Below are positions 41,679 through 50,561 of a stretch of DNA of 64,000 nt, in pieces (positions within the stretch are counted from its first letter, which is position 1; each line of letters starts with the position of its first letter). The stretch spans positions 7,942 to 71,941 of the forward strand of contig SEDG01000001.1 in the NCBI GenBank assembly GCA_004295885.1, in the 5' to 3' direction. Below the pieces are notes generated by a model that saw nothing but the letters and a program-made list of their open reading frames with translations, was not told the DNA's origin and did not search any database. The translations under genes and the position numbers were made by a program. This stretch comes from Pedobacter sp. GTDB taxonomy: Bacteria; Bacteroidota; Bacteroidia; Sphingobacteriales; Sphingobacteriaceae.

Positions 41679-44456
41679 ATGAAGAAATACCTATTGCTCC
41701 TTTTGTTTAGCAGCTTTTGCTCAATAGACTTGTTTGCACGGCAGGCTATGGTTACTGTGGGCCGTACTACAGTGGAAGGGCTAAATGTTATGGAGGGTGT
41801 AACGAAGATACACCCTCGCCTTAGTTGGCAAATTGAAAGCGCACAGCGAAACGTGAGCCAGACTGCGTATCAAATCATAGTGGCCAGTTCAATGGCCGCT
41901 ATTGGGCAGAACAAGGGTGATGTTTATGATAGCCGCAAAGTAAATTCTAATCAGTCCATCAATATTGCCTATCCTTTAGTGAACCTATTGAGCTGCAGAC
42001 CATATTATTGGAGGGTACGTGTTTGGACGAGCAAGGGAGCTTCAAAATGGAGCGCCACGGGCAAGTGGAGTATGGGCATACTGAATGATTCGATTTGGAA
42101 GGCAGACTGGATTGGTACAGAGAAAATGTTAAAAACAGATGATCCTTACAATCCATTTACCCGCCTTGCGGCACGATACCTGCGAAAAGAACTAACTGTT
42201 TCTGTCAAGCCAATTCGGGCAACGGCCTACATCGCCGGGATGGGCCTGTACGAATTGTATGTAAACGGTCTCAAGGTCGGAAAACATGTTTTATCACCTA
42301 CACTTAAAGAATATAATAAAGAAATTCCGTACAATACCTTGGATGTAACTGCTTATTTTAAGAAGGGCAGTAACGCCATTGGAGTGATTCTAGGAAACGG
42401 AAGGTACTTTACTGTTCGCTACAGCAAGGATGGGGGTATGGCAGCTGGCAATGCTCCGAGTACCCATTATGGTCTTCCGATGTTGAAAATGCAGGTCTTG
42501 CTGGAATATGCCAATGGAACCAAAGAGCTCATCACCTCTGATCGATCATGGAAGGCAACCTCAAACGGGCCAATCATCGCAAATAATGAGTTTGACGGAG
42601 AGGAATATGACGCGAACAAAGAATTAACTGGCTGGTCATTGCCAAACTATAAGGATAAAGATTGGTATAAGGTTTCTGTAGTAACGCCAGCATCAAATAA
42701 ATTGGTGACCCAGGTTAATGAAAATATTGCTGTAAAGGACAACATTGTTCCCAAAACAATTCACCAGACCAAAAATAGGAGCTATATTTTAGATATGGGA
42801 CAGAATATGGTAGGCTGGCTCAAAATTAAGGTGAGGGGAAAAAAGGGCGATACCATTACATTAAGATTTGCGGAAACATTGAAGAATGCCGATAGTCTGT
42901 TTTTGGCTAATATCAGAAGTGCCAAGGTAACCGATAAGTATGTGATAAAGGGTACAGGTGAGGAGCTATGGGAGCCACGTTTTGTTTTTCATGGCTTTAG
43001 GTATGCTGAAGTACGGGGATTGAAGTATCAGCCTAAAAAGGAAGATTTTACAGGCAGGGTAGTTTACGATGACTTGCCAACCATTGGCTTATTCCAAACC
43101 TCAGACAAAACCATAAACCAGGTCTATAAAAATGCATACTGGGGTATCATAGGAAACTATAGAGGAATGCCTACAGACTGTCCACAACGCGATGAGCGAA
43201 TGGGGTGGCTTGGTGATCGTTCGGTAAGTTCCTATGGCGAAAGCTTTGTTTTCGATAACTCTAGGTTATATGCAAAATGGATGGATGATATCGAGGCTGC
43301 CCAAAAGGAAAGTGGAAGTATTCCAGACGTTGCGCCAACCTATTGGAAAAACTATACGGATAATGTGACCTGGCCAATTACATTTTTAGTTATACCAGAA
43401 ATGTTAAGAAAGCAGTTTGGAGATACGGTAACTTATCAAAAGCAATATCCCAATATGAAAAAATGGATGCTTTACATGTGGGATACTTACCAAGTAGATG
43501 ATATGGTTCAAAAGGATACATACGGCGACTGGTGTTTGCCACCTGAAAACTTGAATATCATTTTTTCACTTGATACCAATCGGAATACAAAAGGACCTGT
43601 AATTGGTGCCGCCTATTACTATTATGCACTGAGCTTAATGAAAAAATATGCGGATCGTTTAAAGAATTCAGCCGACTATGCGCTGTTTGATGGAATGGCC
43701 AAAAAGGTAAGGGCGGCCTTTAATGCCGAGTTTTATAATCAAGATGGAGGTTTTTACGCGAATAATACGGTTACCTCAAATCTCTTGCCGCTTACATTCG
43801 GGATCGTTGAGGAGAAAAATCGGGAGAAGGTATTTCGTCAAATAGTAGATCGTACATTGAATCTATATCAAGGGCATGTAAGTACTGGGCTAATTGGCGG
43901 GCAATGGTTAATGAGAGGCTTATCAGATAACGGCAGACCCGATTTAGCTTACAAAATAGTTACCAATACAACTTACCCAAGTTGGGGCTACATGGCGGCA
44001 CAAGGAGCCACTACGATTTGGGAACTGTGGAACGGTAATACCGCCGATCCTGCTATGAATTCTGGTAACCACGTTATGCTATTGGGCGATTTGCTGGTGT
44101 GGAACTATGAATATTTGGGAGGCATCAAGACAGATCAACAAGACGTTGCCTTCAAGAAGATCATAATGGACCCTTACTTGGCGCCAGCGCTCACTTTTGT
44201 CAATGCAAGTACCACATCACCTTATGGAAAAATAGTTTCTAACTGGAAGAAGAATGGTAAAAACTTTAGCTGGGAAGTGAGTATCCCATCGAATTGCAAA
44301 GCTATCCTGGCTTTTCCAGTAAGTTCCTTTAGTGCAATTTTAGAGAACAATAGAAAGCTTAGTGGGATAAATGAAATCAAGTATTTACGTACTGAGAACG
44401 GCAAAACTTATGTTGAGGTGGCTTCTGGAAATTATGTCTTTAGCTGTAAATTCTGA
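41679..44456 (+). CDS. GH78 alpha-L-rhamnosidase
   Basis: LDMGQNMVG, PTDCPQRDERMGWLGD, GATTIWELWN and SGNHVM motifs. Confidence 0.93.
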   Translation: MKKYLLLLLFSSFCSIDLFARQAMVTVGRTTVEGLNVMEGVTKIHPRLSWQIESAQRNVSQTAYQIIVASSMAAIGQNKGDVYDSRKVNSNQSINIAYPLVNLLSCRPYYWRVRVWTSKGASKWSATGKWSMGILNDSIWKADWIGTEKMLKTDDPYNPFTRLAARYLRKELTVSVKPIRATAYIAGMGLYELYVNGLKVGKHVLSPTLKEYNKEIPYNTLDVTAYFKKGSNAIGVILGNGRYFTVRYSKDGGMAAGNAPSTHYGLPMLKMQVLLEYANGTKELITSDRSWKATSNGPIIANNEFDGEEYDANKELTGWSLPNYKDKDWYKVSVVTPASNKLVTQVNENIAVKDNIVPKTIHQTKNRSYILDMGQNMVGWLKIKVRGKKGDTITLRFAETLKNADSLFLANIRSAKVTDKYVIKGTGEELWEPRFVFHGFRYAEVRGLKYQPKKEDFTGRVVYDDLPTIGLFQTSDKTINQVYKNAYWGIIGNYRGMPTDCPQRDERMGWLGDRSVSSYGESFVFDNSRLYAKWMDDIEAAQKESGSIPDVAPTYWKNYTDNVTWPITFLVIPEMLRKQFGDTVTYQKQYPNMKKWMLYMWDTYQVDDMVQKDTYGDWCLPPENLNIIFSLDTNRNTKGPVIGAAYYYYALSLMKKYADRLKNSADYALFDGMAKKVRAAFNAEFYNQDGGFYANNTVTSNLLPLTFGIVEEKNREKVFRQIVDRTLNLYQGHVSTGLIGGQWLMRGLSDNGRPDLAYKIVTNTTYPSWGYMAAQGATTIWELWNGNTADPAMNSGNHVMLLGDLLVWNYEYLGGIKTDQQDVAFKKIIMDPYLAPALTFVNASTTSPYGKIVSNWKKNGKNFSWEVSIPSNCKAILAFPVSSFSAILENNRKLSGINEIKYLRTENGKTYVEVASGNYVFSCKF

Positions 44457-44509
44457 TCGCACAAAGAAAGCTTCTTAAGCAAACCAAATATTTAAAAACT
44501 AATTAGATC

Positions 44510-46744
44510 ATGCATAAATTCAATATAAAAAAGTTTCAGACCCTGATAGTCACATTCCTGATTTGTTTTGTAGCAAAAGCTCAAAATCAACCAGCCATAA
44601 AGATTTCCAATTCGCAGTTAAGCTTTGCTGTAAACAGTGAAAGTGGCCAGTTCAGTGTTCAGGATAAGAAAAGTAAGCGCTCTTGGGTTTCTTTACCTTA
44701 TAAGAAAATTAAGTTTTTAAGTGCCTCGGCCGTCTCACCTAGTCAGCTTAAGATGTCGCTAATTGATTCTACATCTGGGATCAATTTTTCGAGCCTAGTT
44801 ACGTTGGAAAATGATAGCAGCCTATCCTTTGTGTTATCGACGAGCCAGAAAGCTATGGCCATAGACCAGTTAAGCTTTCCACAGGCTATGAAAACAAATT
44901 ATGAGAAAGGTTTTTTAGTGTTTAACTATCGCTCAGGTGGTGTCCAGATTGCGCAAAATGACATTACTTATCCAGCAAAGCGAATGATGGTTTATGACAA
45001 TATTGGCTTGGATATGCCTTGGGTAGGGGTTTATGACGCAGTTAAAGGGGATGGGATGATGGTTTTGGCAAATACACCCTACGATGTAGAGATAGATTTT
45101 AGTGAAGACAAAGGCTTGATGTGGCCCAATGTAGCTTGGGCATCTTCTCTAAGACAATTTTCCTATGCAAGAAAGGTCTCTTATATTTTCACTTCAGGCG
45201 GTAATTACGTCTCACTAGCTAAAGCTTACAGGAACTACCTCAAGCAAATCGATGATTTTAAAACTTTGGCTCAAAAGGCAATCGCAAAACCAAGGGTTAA
45301 TTGGTTGAAGGGAAGTGCTGTCGTTTGGGGCAGTAGTGGCTTAAAGTTCGCAAGGGAAGCAAAGGCAATGGGAGTCCATACTGCCATTATTATGGGCAGT
45401 AAATTTAAAAAAGATGAGATCAAGCAGATGACTGACTTAGGCTTTTTAAACTCTAGTTATGAAAACTTAGAGGGCACTAGAGAGGGGTCTATGGGACACA
45501 TGAAGGATACCATGGCAATAGCCGCTTACCATACCGTTGAGGGCAAGCCTATTATTGGATGGGTAACCAAAACAGGGGTTGAGTATTACTCTCGATCCTC
45601 AGTAAGGTCGTTACAGGCGGCACCAAGCTATTTACCTACTTATATAAATGATGTTCCGCTTACGGGACTGTTTTTAGATGTTACGCCTGCATTCTTGATT
45701 GAAGACTTTCATCCATTGCATACTTTCAACAGAGAAGCAGATAAGCAATATAAAAATAAGATTAAAGAATACATCGGGAAAGACCTTGGCTTAGTGTTGG
45801 GGGGTGAGCATGGTAAAGCTTGGAATTCTTCAATTCTTGAATATTCGGAAGGAACTATGACAGGATCTTTCTTTTGGGAAGATGGAAATAAGCCTGGGTA
45901 TTTAGATCCGCCAAAGGACACAACCTATATGTCTGCCAATTTCAAAAAATATGGCTTCAATTACAGAAATAGGATTCCACTTTGGCAACTGGTATTTAAC
46001 GATTGTGTTTCATCTACTTGGTATTGGGGAGATTCGAGTGATTGGTTTTATGCTGTAACGCCTACCATAAGCGATTTAAAAGATAATTTCAATATGCTTT
46101 ATGGCAGTATGCCGCTAATTTGGGCTGACAAAAAGGGATATGGATGGGATAGAAACCGGAGTAGATTTGTACAAACCATACGTAACGTATCTAATTTTCA
46201 AAAGCGAGTTTCATTTTCTGAGCTGCTAAGTCACGAATTTTTGAATGAGGAGCATACCCTTCAGCACAGCAGATTTGCAGGCGGTGGGCAAGCATTCGTA
46301 AACTTTGGGGAAAAGGCAATAAAGCACACAATTGGTAAGGAAAGTATCAGTTTGGCTCCAAGAGGTTTTTATCTTACCGCTCCTGGATTTCTACAGTCTA
46401 AAACCATTGATGAGTTGGGTGTTGTAACCAAAATAGTAACAGACAGCTTAATCTCTGTTCAAACTGACCAACTTAGGAAGGTGGGACCAATCAGCACAAA
46501 TGGAACGGTAACTATATTTAAGCAGGATAATGGGATTTGGAGAATCGTTGTTGAAAATACCTTGGCAACAACTGAAATAGATGTAAAGGCAATCGTGAAA
46601 AGTAAAAACCTGAAGTTTTACACACTGTCGCAAGTGGATGAGGATGGAAGCAAAGGAAAGGTGTTAAGTAAGAATTTACCAGCTAACTTGATTAAGATAC
46701 CTGCAGCAACAGGTATAATGCTATTCGATATAAACATTGAATAG
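44510..46744 (+). CDS. Putative glycoside hydrolase (GH129/GH101-like)
   Basis: Signal peptide; FLDV, GGEHG..W...EY.EG and RIPLWQLVF motifs. Confidence 0.6.
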   Translation: MHKFNIKKFQTLIVTFLICFVAKAQNQPAIKISNSQLSFAVNSESGQFSVQDKKSKRSWVSLPYKKIKFLSASAVSPSQLKMSLIDSTSGINFSSLVTLENDSSLSFVLSTSQKAMAIDQLSFPQAMKTNYEKGFLVFNYRSGGVQIAQNDITYPAKRMMVYDNIGLDMPWVGVYDAVKGDGMMVLANTPYDVEIDFSEDKGLMWPNVAWASSLRQFSYARKVSYIFTSGGNYVSLAKAYRNYLKQIDDFKTLAQKAIAKPRVNWLKGSAVVWGSSGLKFAREAKAMGVHTAIIMGSKFKKDEIKQMTDLGFLNSSYENLEGTREGSMGHMKDTMAIAAYHTVEGKPIIGWVTKTGVEYYSRSSVRSLQAAPSYLPTYINDVPLTGLFLDVTPAFLIEDFHPLHTFNREADKQYKNKIKEYIGKDLGLVLGGEHGKAWNSSILEYSEGTMTGSFFWEDGNKPGYLDPPKDTTYMSANFKKYGFNYRNRIPLWQLVFNDCVSSTWYWGDSSDWFYAVTPTISDLKDNFNMLYGSMPLIWADKKGYGWDRNRSRFVQTIRNVSNFQKRVSFSELLSHEFLNEEHTLQHSRFAGGGQAFVNFGEKAIKHTIGKESISLAPRGFYLTAPGFLQSKTIDELGVVTKIVTDSLISVQTDQLRKVGPISTNGTVTIFKQDNGIWRIVVENTLATTEIDVKAIVKSKNLKFYTLSQVDEDGSKGKVLSKNLPANLIKIPAATGIMLFDINIE

Positions 46745-46886
46745 CATTGCTCAAATAGGCAAATTAATAAGTCTCGTTTGTTTTTAAACGCTTAATAACC
46801 TTAAAGAAGGTTAACCAAATGTCTGTTAAAAGGCAATTGCTAACCTTTTTTATTAAACCCCGTCTTATAAGGGTGAATTTCATAAG

Positions 46887-46961
46887 TTAATTTAGGTGCC
46901 TTGGGTCGTGTTTCCAAACACCATTATCATAATTCACACGGATCTTCTTAAATTTAAAAAG
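46887..46961 (-). pseudogene. Possible C-terminal gene remnant (..KKIRVNYDNGVWKHDPRHLN*)
   Basis: Start-less, protein-like reading frame in otherwise AT-rich spacer downstream of the FNT gene. Confidence 0.25.
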
Positions 46962-47020
46962 CTTCTAAGTTTTTTAAAAAAAACTAAAATTATGTGTTGT
47001 TTAAAAAAAAATCGGGTTAG

Positions 47021-47836
47021 TTATTTCTGTTTACTGACAGATGTATGCGTATAATAGATAGCCATCCCAGTAAATAATAACCCACCAATTAAATTTCCTA
47101 AAGTAACAATTAGCTGGTTATAGAGCCACCACTCTACAAATGTAACTTTTGCTCCAAAAAGCATTCCTGCGGGTATAACAAACATTTTGACAACTGCATG
47201 TTCAAAACCCAGTGAAAAAAATATAAAGATGGGAATTCCGCCAGCAAATATTTTGCCCAAAGTCGATTTGGAGGTCATGGCCATTACAACACCCATACAT
47301 ACCATCCAGTTGCATAAAAGGCCTTTTACAAAAGCAGTAAATACACCAGAGAAACCATTAGCCTTATATCCAATAGTCTTTTTCTCTGCAGCTTTTATCA
47401 GCAGCTGTTCGATTGGGCCATTTAAGTCTGAGGATGATAACCAAAATAAAAATGCATATAATAAACTTCCAACAAGGTTACCCAGAAATACCCAAAACAG
47501 GTTTTTAAGCATTGTATTAAATGAAATCTTTTTTTCAAACCAAGCCAACGGTAATAAGCAACAGCTTCCAGTTGCTAATTCTGACCCCAACAAAACCACT
47601 ATTATAAAGCCTACCGGAAATAACAATGCGCCAATAACGCTCAACTTAGTTTGTGCTGTAACTAAATAAGCAAGCGTTACTGCAATGCCAAGTAATGCAC
47701 CAGATAACGCCCCTCTAATTAAAAGGTCTTTAATTTTTAAACTTGATTTTTCAATAGCCAAACCCAACATATTGTTGGCTACTTCTTTGGGTGATACATA
47801 ATCGATAATATTATAATTGTTTAGTTGAGGTTGCAC
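47021..47836 (-). CDS. Formate/nitrite transporter (FNT) family, possibly degenerate
   Basis: LFPVGF, ELATG, GNLVG, CNWMVC, FEH and GNLIGG motifs. Weak GTG start; EHAVVKM instead of the usual EHxxxNM. Confidence 0.85.
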   Translation of the reverse strand: MQPQLNNYNIIDYVSPKEVANNMLGLAIEKSSLKIKDLLIRGALSGALLGIAVTLAYLVTAQTKLSVIGALLFPVGFIIVVLLGSELATGSCCLLPLAWFEKKISFNTMLKNLFWVFLGNLVGSLLYAFLFWLSSSDLNGPIEQLLIKAAEKKTIGYKANGFSGVFTAFVKGLLCNWMVCMGVVMAMTSKSTLGKIFAGGIPIFIFFSLGFEHAVVKMFVIPAGMLFGAKVTFVEWWLYNQLIVTLGNLIGGLLFTGMAIYYTHTSVSKQK

Positions 47837-47850
47837 TATAAATTTTAGCC

Positions 47851-48681
47851 TTAAAATTTGAGCTTAGAAAATTTAAATTTGCCTGTAGTTGTAGCTGTTT
47901 GGCCTGGTTTAAGTTCCTTGGCTACAAGGGGAGCAGAATGTATGCATCCGTGATCATGTTCCCAGTTGTTGAAGAAAAATGCGGGCTGACCATCAACAGT
48001 TGTCTCAATCTTCCAACTACTGTCTTTCGATTCCAGCCAAACGCTCTTTCCGCTTAGCATTGTGTTGGCATTTACGTTCCAATTTACAATCCACGGGCTT
48101 TCAGCTAAATTAATCCCTCCAATAACAGGATAAAACTGCATTGTTCTCCTTCCATTTCCCGCCGTTTTCTCAACGGAAGCCAGAGATATGGTTTGGTCAA
48201 ATTCATTTTTTGCCCAAGTGCGTTCCATACTAATATCCTTAAACAAAGGAGCCCTGTCCATGGTAAGGCAATTAAAGGCAGCCAAATCAAATAATGGAGT
48301 TTTACTTTTATTAGTAAATTTTATTTTCCATGTCAACCAATATTCTCTAGCATGCTCGGTTAAATCTAAATCAACACTATAGCCATATTTAGAATTTTTA
48401 ACCTTTCTGCTTCCATGATTTCCCTTGATTGTCCAAGGCTTCAGGTCAGCATTAAACAAACCCTTCTCTAGGTTTTTACCTGTAAATATTTCAGGTACAG
48501 TAAACAGGAAATATTGCCCGGGCAATTCTTTAAGTACGATAAAAATAGAGATGTTACTTTCGTCAGCGGGTTTGAAAGCAATTAATGGTTCAATTTTTTG
48601 CTGCGAAAATGCGCTTGTCCATAGTATAAATGTTGCAAATATGCAAAGCAGTTTTCTTGTTGATATTTTCTTATAAGCCAT
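47851..48681 (-). CDS. Secreted hypothetical protein, paralog 1 of an unknown 'FNC/APLFKD/HGCxH' family
   Basis: Signal peptide; blocks shared with 58517..59344 and 59357..60187. Confidence 0.8.
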   Translation of the reverse strand: MAYKKISTRKLLCIFATFILWTSAFSQQKIEPLIAFKPADESNISIFIVLKELPGQYFLFTVPEIFTGKNLEKGLFNADLKPWTIKGNHGSRKVKNSKYGYSVDLDLTEHAREYWLTWKIKFTNKSKTPLFDLAAFNCLTMDRAPLFKDISMERTWAKNEFDQTISLASVEKTAGNGRRTMQFYPVIGGINLAESPWIVNWNVNANTMLSGKSVWLESKDSSWKIETTVDGQPAFFFNNWEHDHGCIHSAPLVAKELKPGQTATTTGKFKFSKLKF

Positions 48682-48733
48682 GTTAAATCTAATTTCCTAT
48701 AAAGTTATATCTCATATAATTGTTGGCATACTG

Positions 48734-48748
48734 TCCTGTACAGGATGC
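48734..48748. promoter_or_regulatory. Palindromic operator candidate TCCTGTACAGGA(TGC) between divergent genes
   Basis: Perfect 12-bp palindrome 48734-48745 overlapping the TACAGGATGC motif, in a 120-nt divergent spacer. Confidence 0.55.
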
Positions 48749-48801
48749 GAACATTTTAAATTTAATTATTATTGTTAGTGATATTTTAAAAAAATGTTTA
48801 T

Positions 48802-50496
48802 ATGAGACGATACTACTCTATCCTGTTGTTAGTTGCCATGGTAAATGGGCTTAACTCAAGAGCTCAATCTAGCAATGGCTTCAAATCGGTTGTAGCGATC
48901 AGGATTTTTACTGAAGATAACAAGAAAATTACACCAGCTATGGTGTGCATTACGAACGGTAAACAGAATCAACCTGTTTTACCACCATCGGGCGAAAACA
49001 TTGGAAAGCCTTCCGACAATGATGTGTTCTTTAAAGGCGTTTCTTTTGACAAGAATAAAAACTGGGTTGGGCCAATTCGCATGACTGCAGGAGTGGGTGA
49101 CAATAAAGATAGGAGCGTACTTTATGGGGTACAGCCATCTATTCCCTACTGGAAAGCTCCAGTGATGTATCAGACCTCTGGTGATTTTACCATTGAGTTA
49201 CCTGTGGGTACTTGGAAAATCAGCATACAGAGGGGGAACGAATATATTCCCATTGAGCAGGAATTTACAGTAAAAGCAAATGACATCAAGCTAGTTAAGT
49301 CATTTACTTTGAAACGCTGGATTGATCTGCCAGAAATAGGTTGGTATTCTGGTGATGTGCACGTCCATCATCCTACAAATAAGCCAGGATTTCGAGAGTA
49401 TCTATTATCCTATGCAAAAGCCGAAGACCTTCATCTGGTTAACATACTGGAAATGGGACACCACGAGACCGGGGTAGATGCTATGGGGCATGAGCACACG
49501 GGAACTGACTTTAAGCAAGCTGGATTTGGCGAAAAATTTAGAGTAAACGATGGGAACTATTGGTTAGTTTCGGGTCAGGAGGATCCTAGGAGCAGGTTCG
49601 GACATATCATTGGATTAAATATAGATCAGATAGTAAGGGATACCACTGTTTATGATTACTATGACCTTGTTTTTAAAAACCTGAAAATGCAACCTGGAGC
49701 AGTAGTGGGCTTTGCACATTTTGCTTGGAATGTCTCTTGGAATGTTCAGAACAAGACAACTGGTTTCCCATGGTTCATTACATCCAATCAAATAGATTTC
49801 GTGGAGTTACTCCAGTTCCTGAAATTAAATACGTTAGACTATTATGAATACCTCAATCTAGGATTTCGCATTACTGCTGCAGCTGGGAGCGATTTCCCAT
49901 GGGCAAGCACGATTGGCGAAGTGCGTACAATGGTTTATACCGGAAAAAAATTCACTCCAGATGCTTGGTTTCAGGGCCTTAAGGCGGGAAACACCTTTGT
50001 TACCAACGGCCCTGCATTATTCTTAACTGCAGATGGAGAAATGCCTGGTAGTGAGATTAAAAAAGCCAAGGGGTCCACTTTAAAGCTTTCGTTAAAAGGA
50101 TTGTCAAATCCAAAGATTGGTACCATCAGGAGAATAGCCATCTATTCTAACGAAGGGTTAATTGCAGAGCTTAACAACAAGGAAATAAGGGACTCCATTG
50201 AGTTGAAATTTTCGCATTCAATTAAACGCAGTCAGTGGATTGCCGCCGTGGTGAATTGCGACAACGGTGCAGTGGCGCACACCAGTCCGGTTTATGTGGT
50301 TGTGGATGGCAAGCCTACCTATGATTTAAAGAGGGCGCCAGAAATAATAGCTAGGCAGGTTGCAAGTATTGAAGAGCTATTGCGTGAGGAAAAGTCAAAG
50401 AAAGTACTGGACCAGGGAATTATCGAAAGATTAGAGACTTCGATTTCGTTTTACAGGATGCTTTTACAGCAAATAAAAAAAGAAAGTGAGTCATAA
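48802..50496 (+). CDS. CehA/McbA-family (PHP-like) metallohydrolase
   Basis: GWYSGDVHVHH, GQE..FGH, FAH, AGSD, FVTNGP and AHTSP motifs; signal peptide. Confidence 0.8.
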   Translation: MRRYYSILLLVAMVNGLNSRAQSSNGFKSVVAIRIFTEDNKKITPAMVCITNGKQNQPVLPPSGENIGKPSDNDVFFKGVSFDKNKNWVGPIRMTAGVGDNKDRSVLYGVQPSIPYWKAPVMYQTSGDFTIELPVGTWKISIQRGNEYIPIEQEFTVKANDIKLVKSFTLKRWIDLPEIGWYSGDVHVHHPTNKPGFREYLLSYAKAEDLHLVNILEMGHHETGVDAMGHEHTGTDFKQAGFGEKFRVNDGNYWLVSGQEDPRSRFGHIIGLNIDQIVRDTTVYDYYDLVFKNLKMQPGAVVGFAHFAWNVSWNVQNKTTGFPWFITSNQIDFVELLQFLKLNTLDYYEYLNLGFRITAAAGSDFPWASTIGEVRTMVYTGKKFTPDAWFQGLKAGNTFVTNGPALFLTADGEMPGSEIKKAKGSTLKLSLKGLSNPKIGTIRRIAIYSNEGLIAELNNKEIRDSIELKFSHSIKRSQWIAAVVNCDNGAVAHTSPVYVVVDGKPTYDLKRAPEIIARQVASIEELLREEKSKKVLDQGIIERLETSISFYRMLLQQIKKESES

Positions 50497-50499
50497 CGG

Positions 50500-50509
50500 A
50501 GCAGGATGC
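50500..50509 (+). promoter_or_regulatory. CAGGATGC motif upstream of susC, candidate GntR operator
   Basis: AGCAGGATGC 62 nt before ATG 50562; TAATTTAG -7-like element at 50528-50535; extra copy at 50452. Confidence 0.4.
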
Positions 50510-50561
50510 CACAACTTAAGGATGACTTAATTTAGATACCATATTACCAAAACCAAATATC

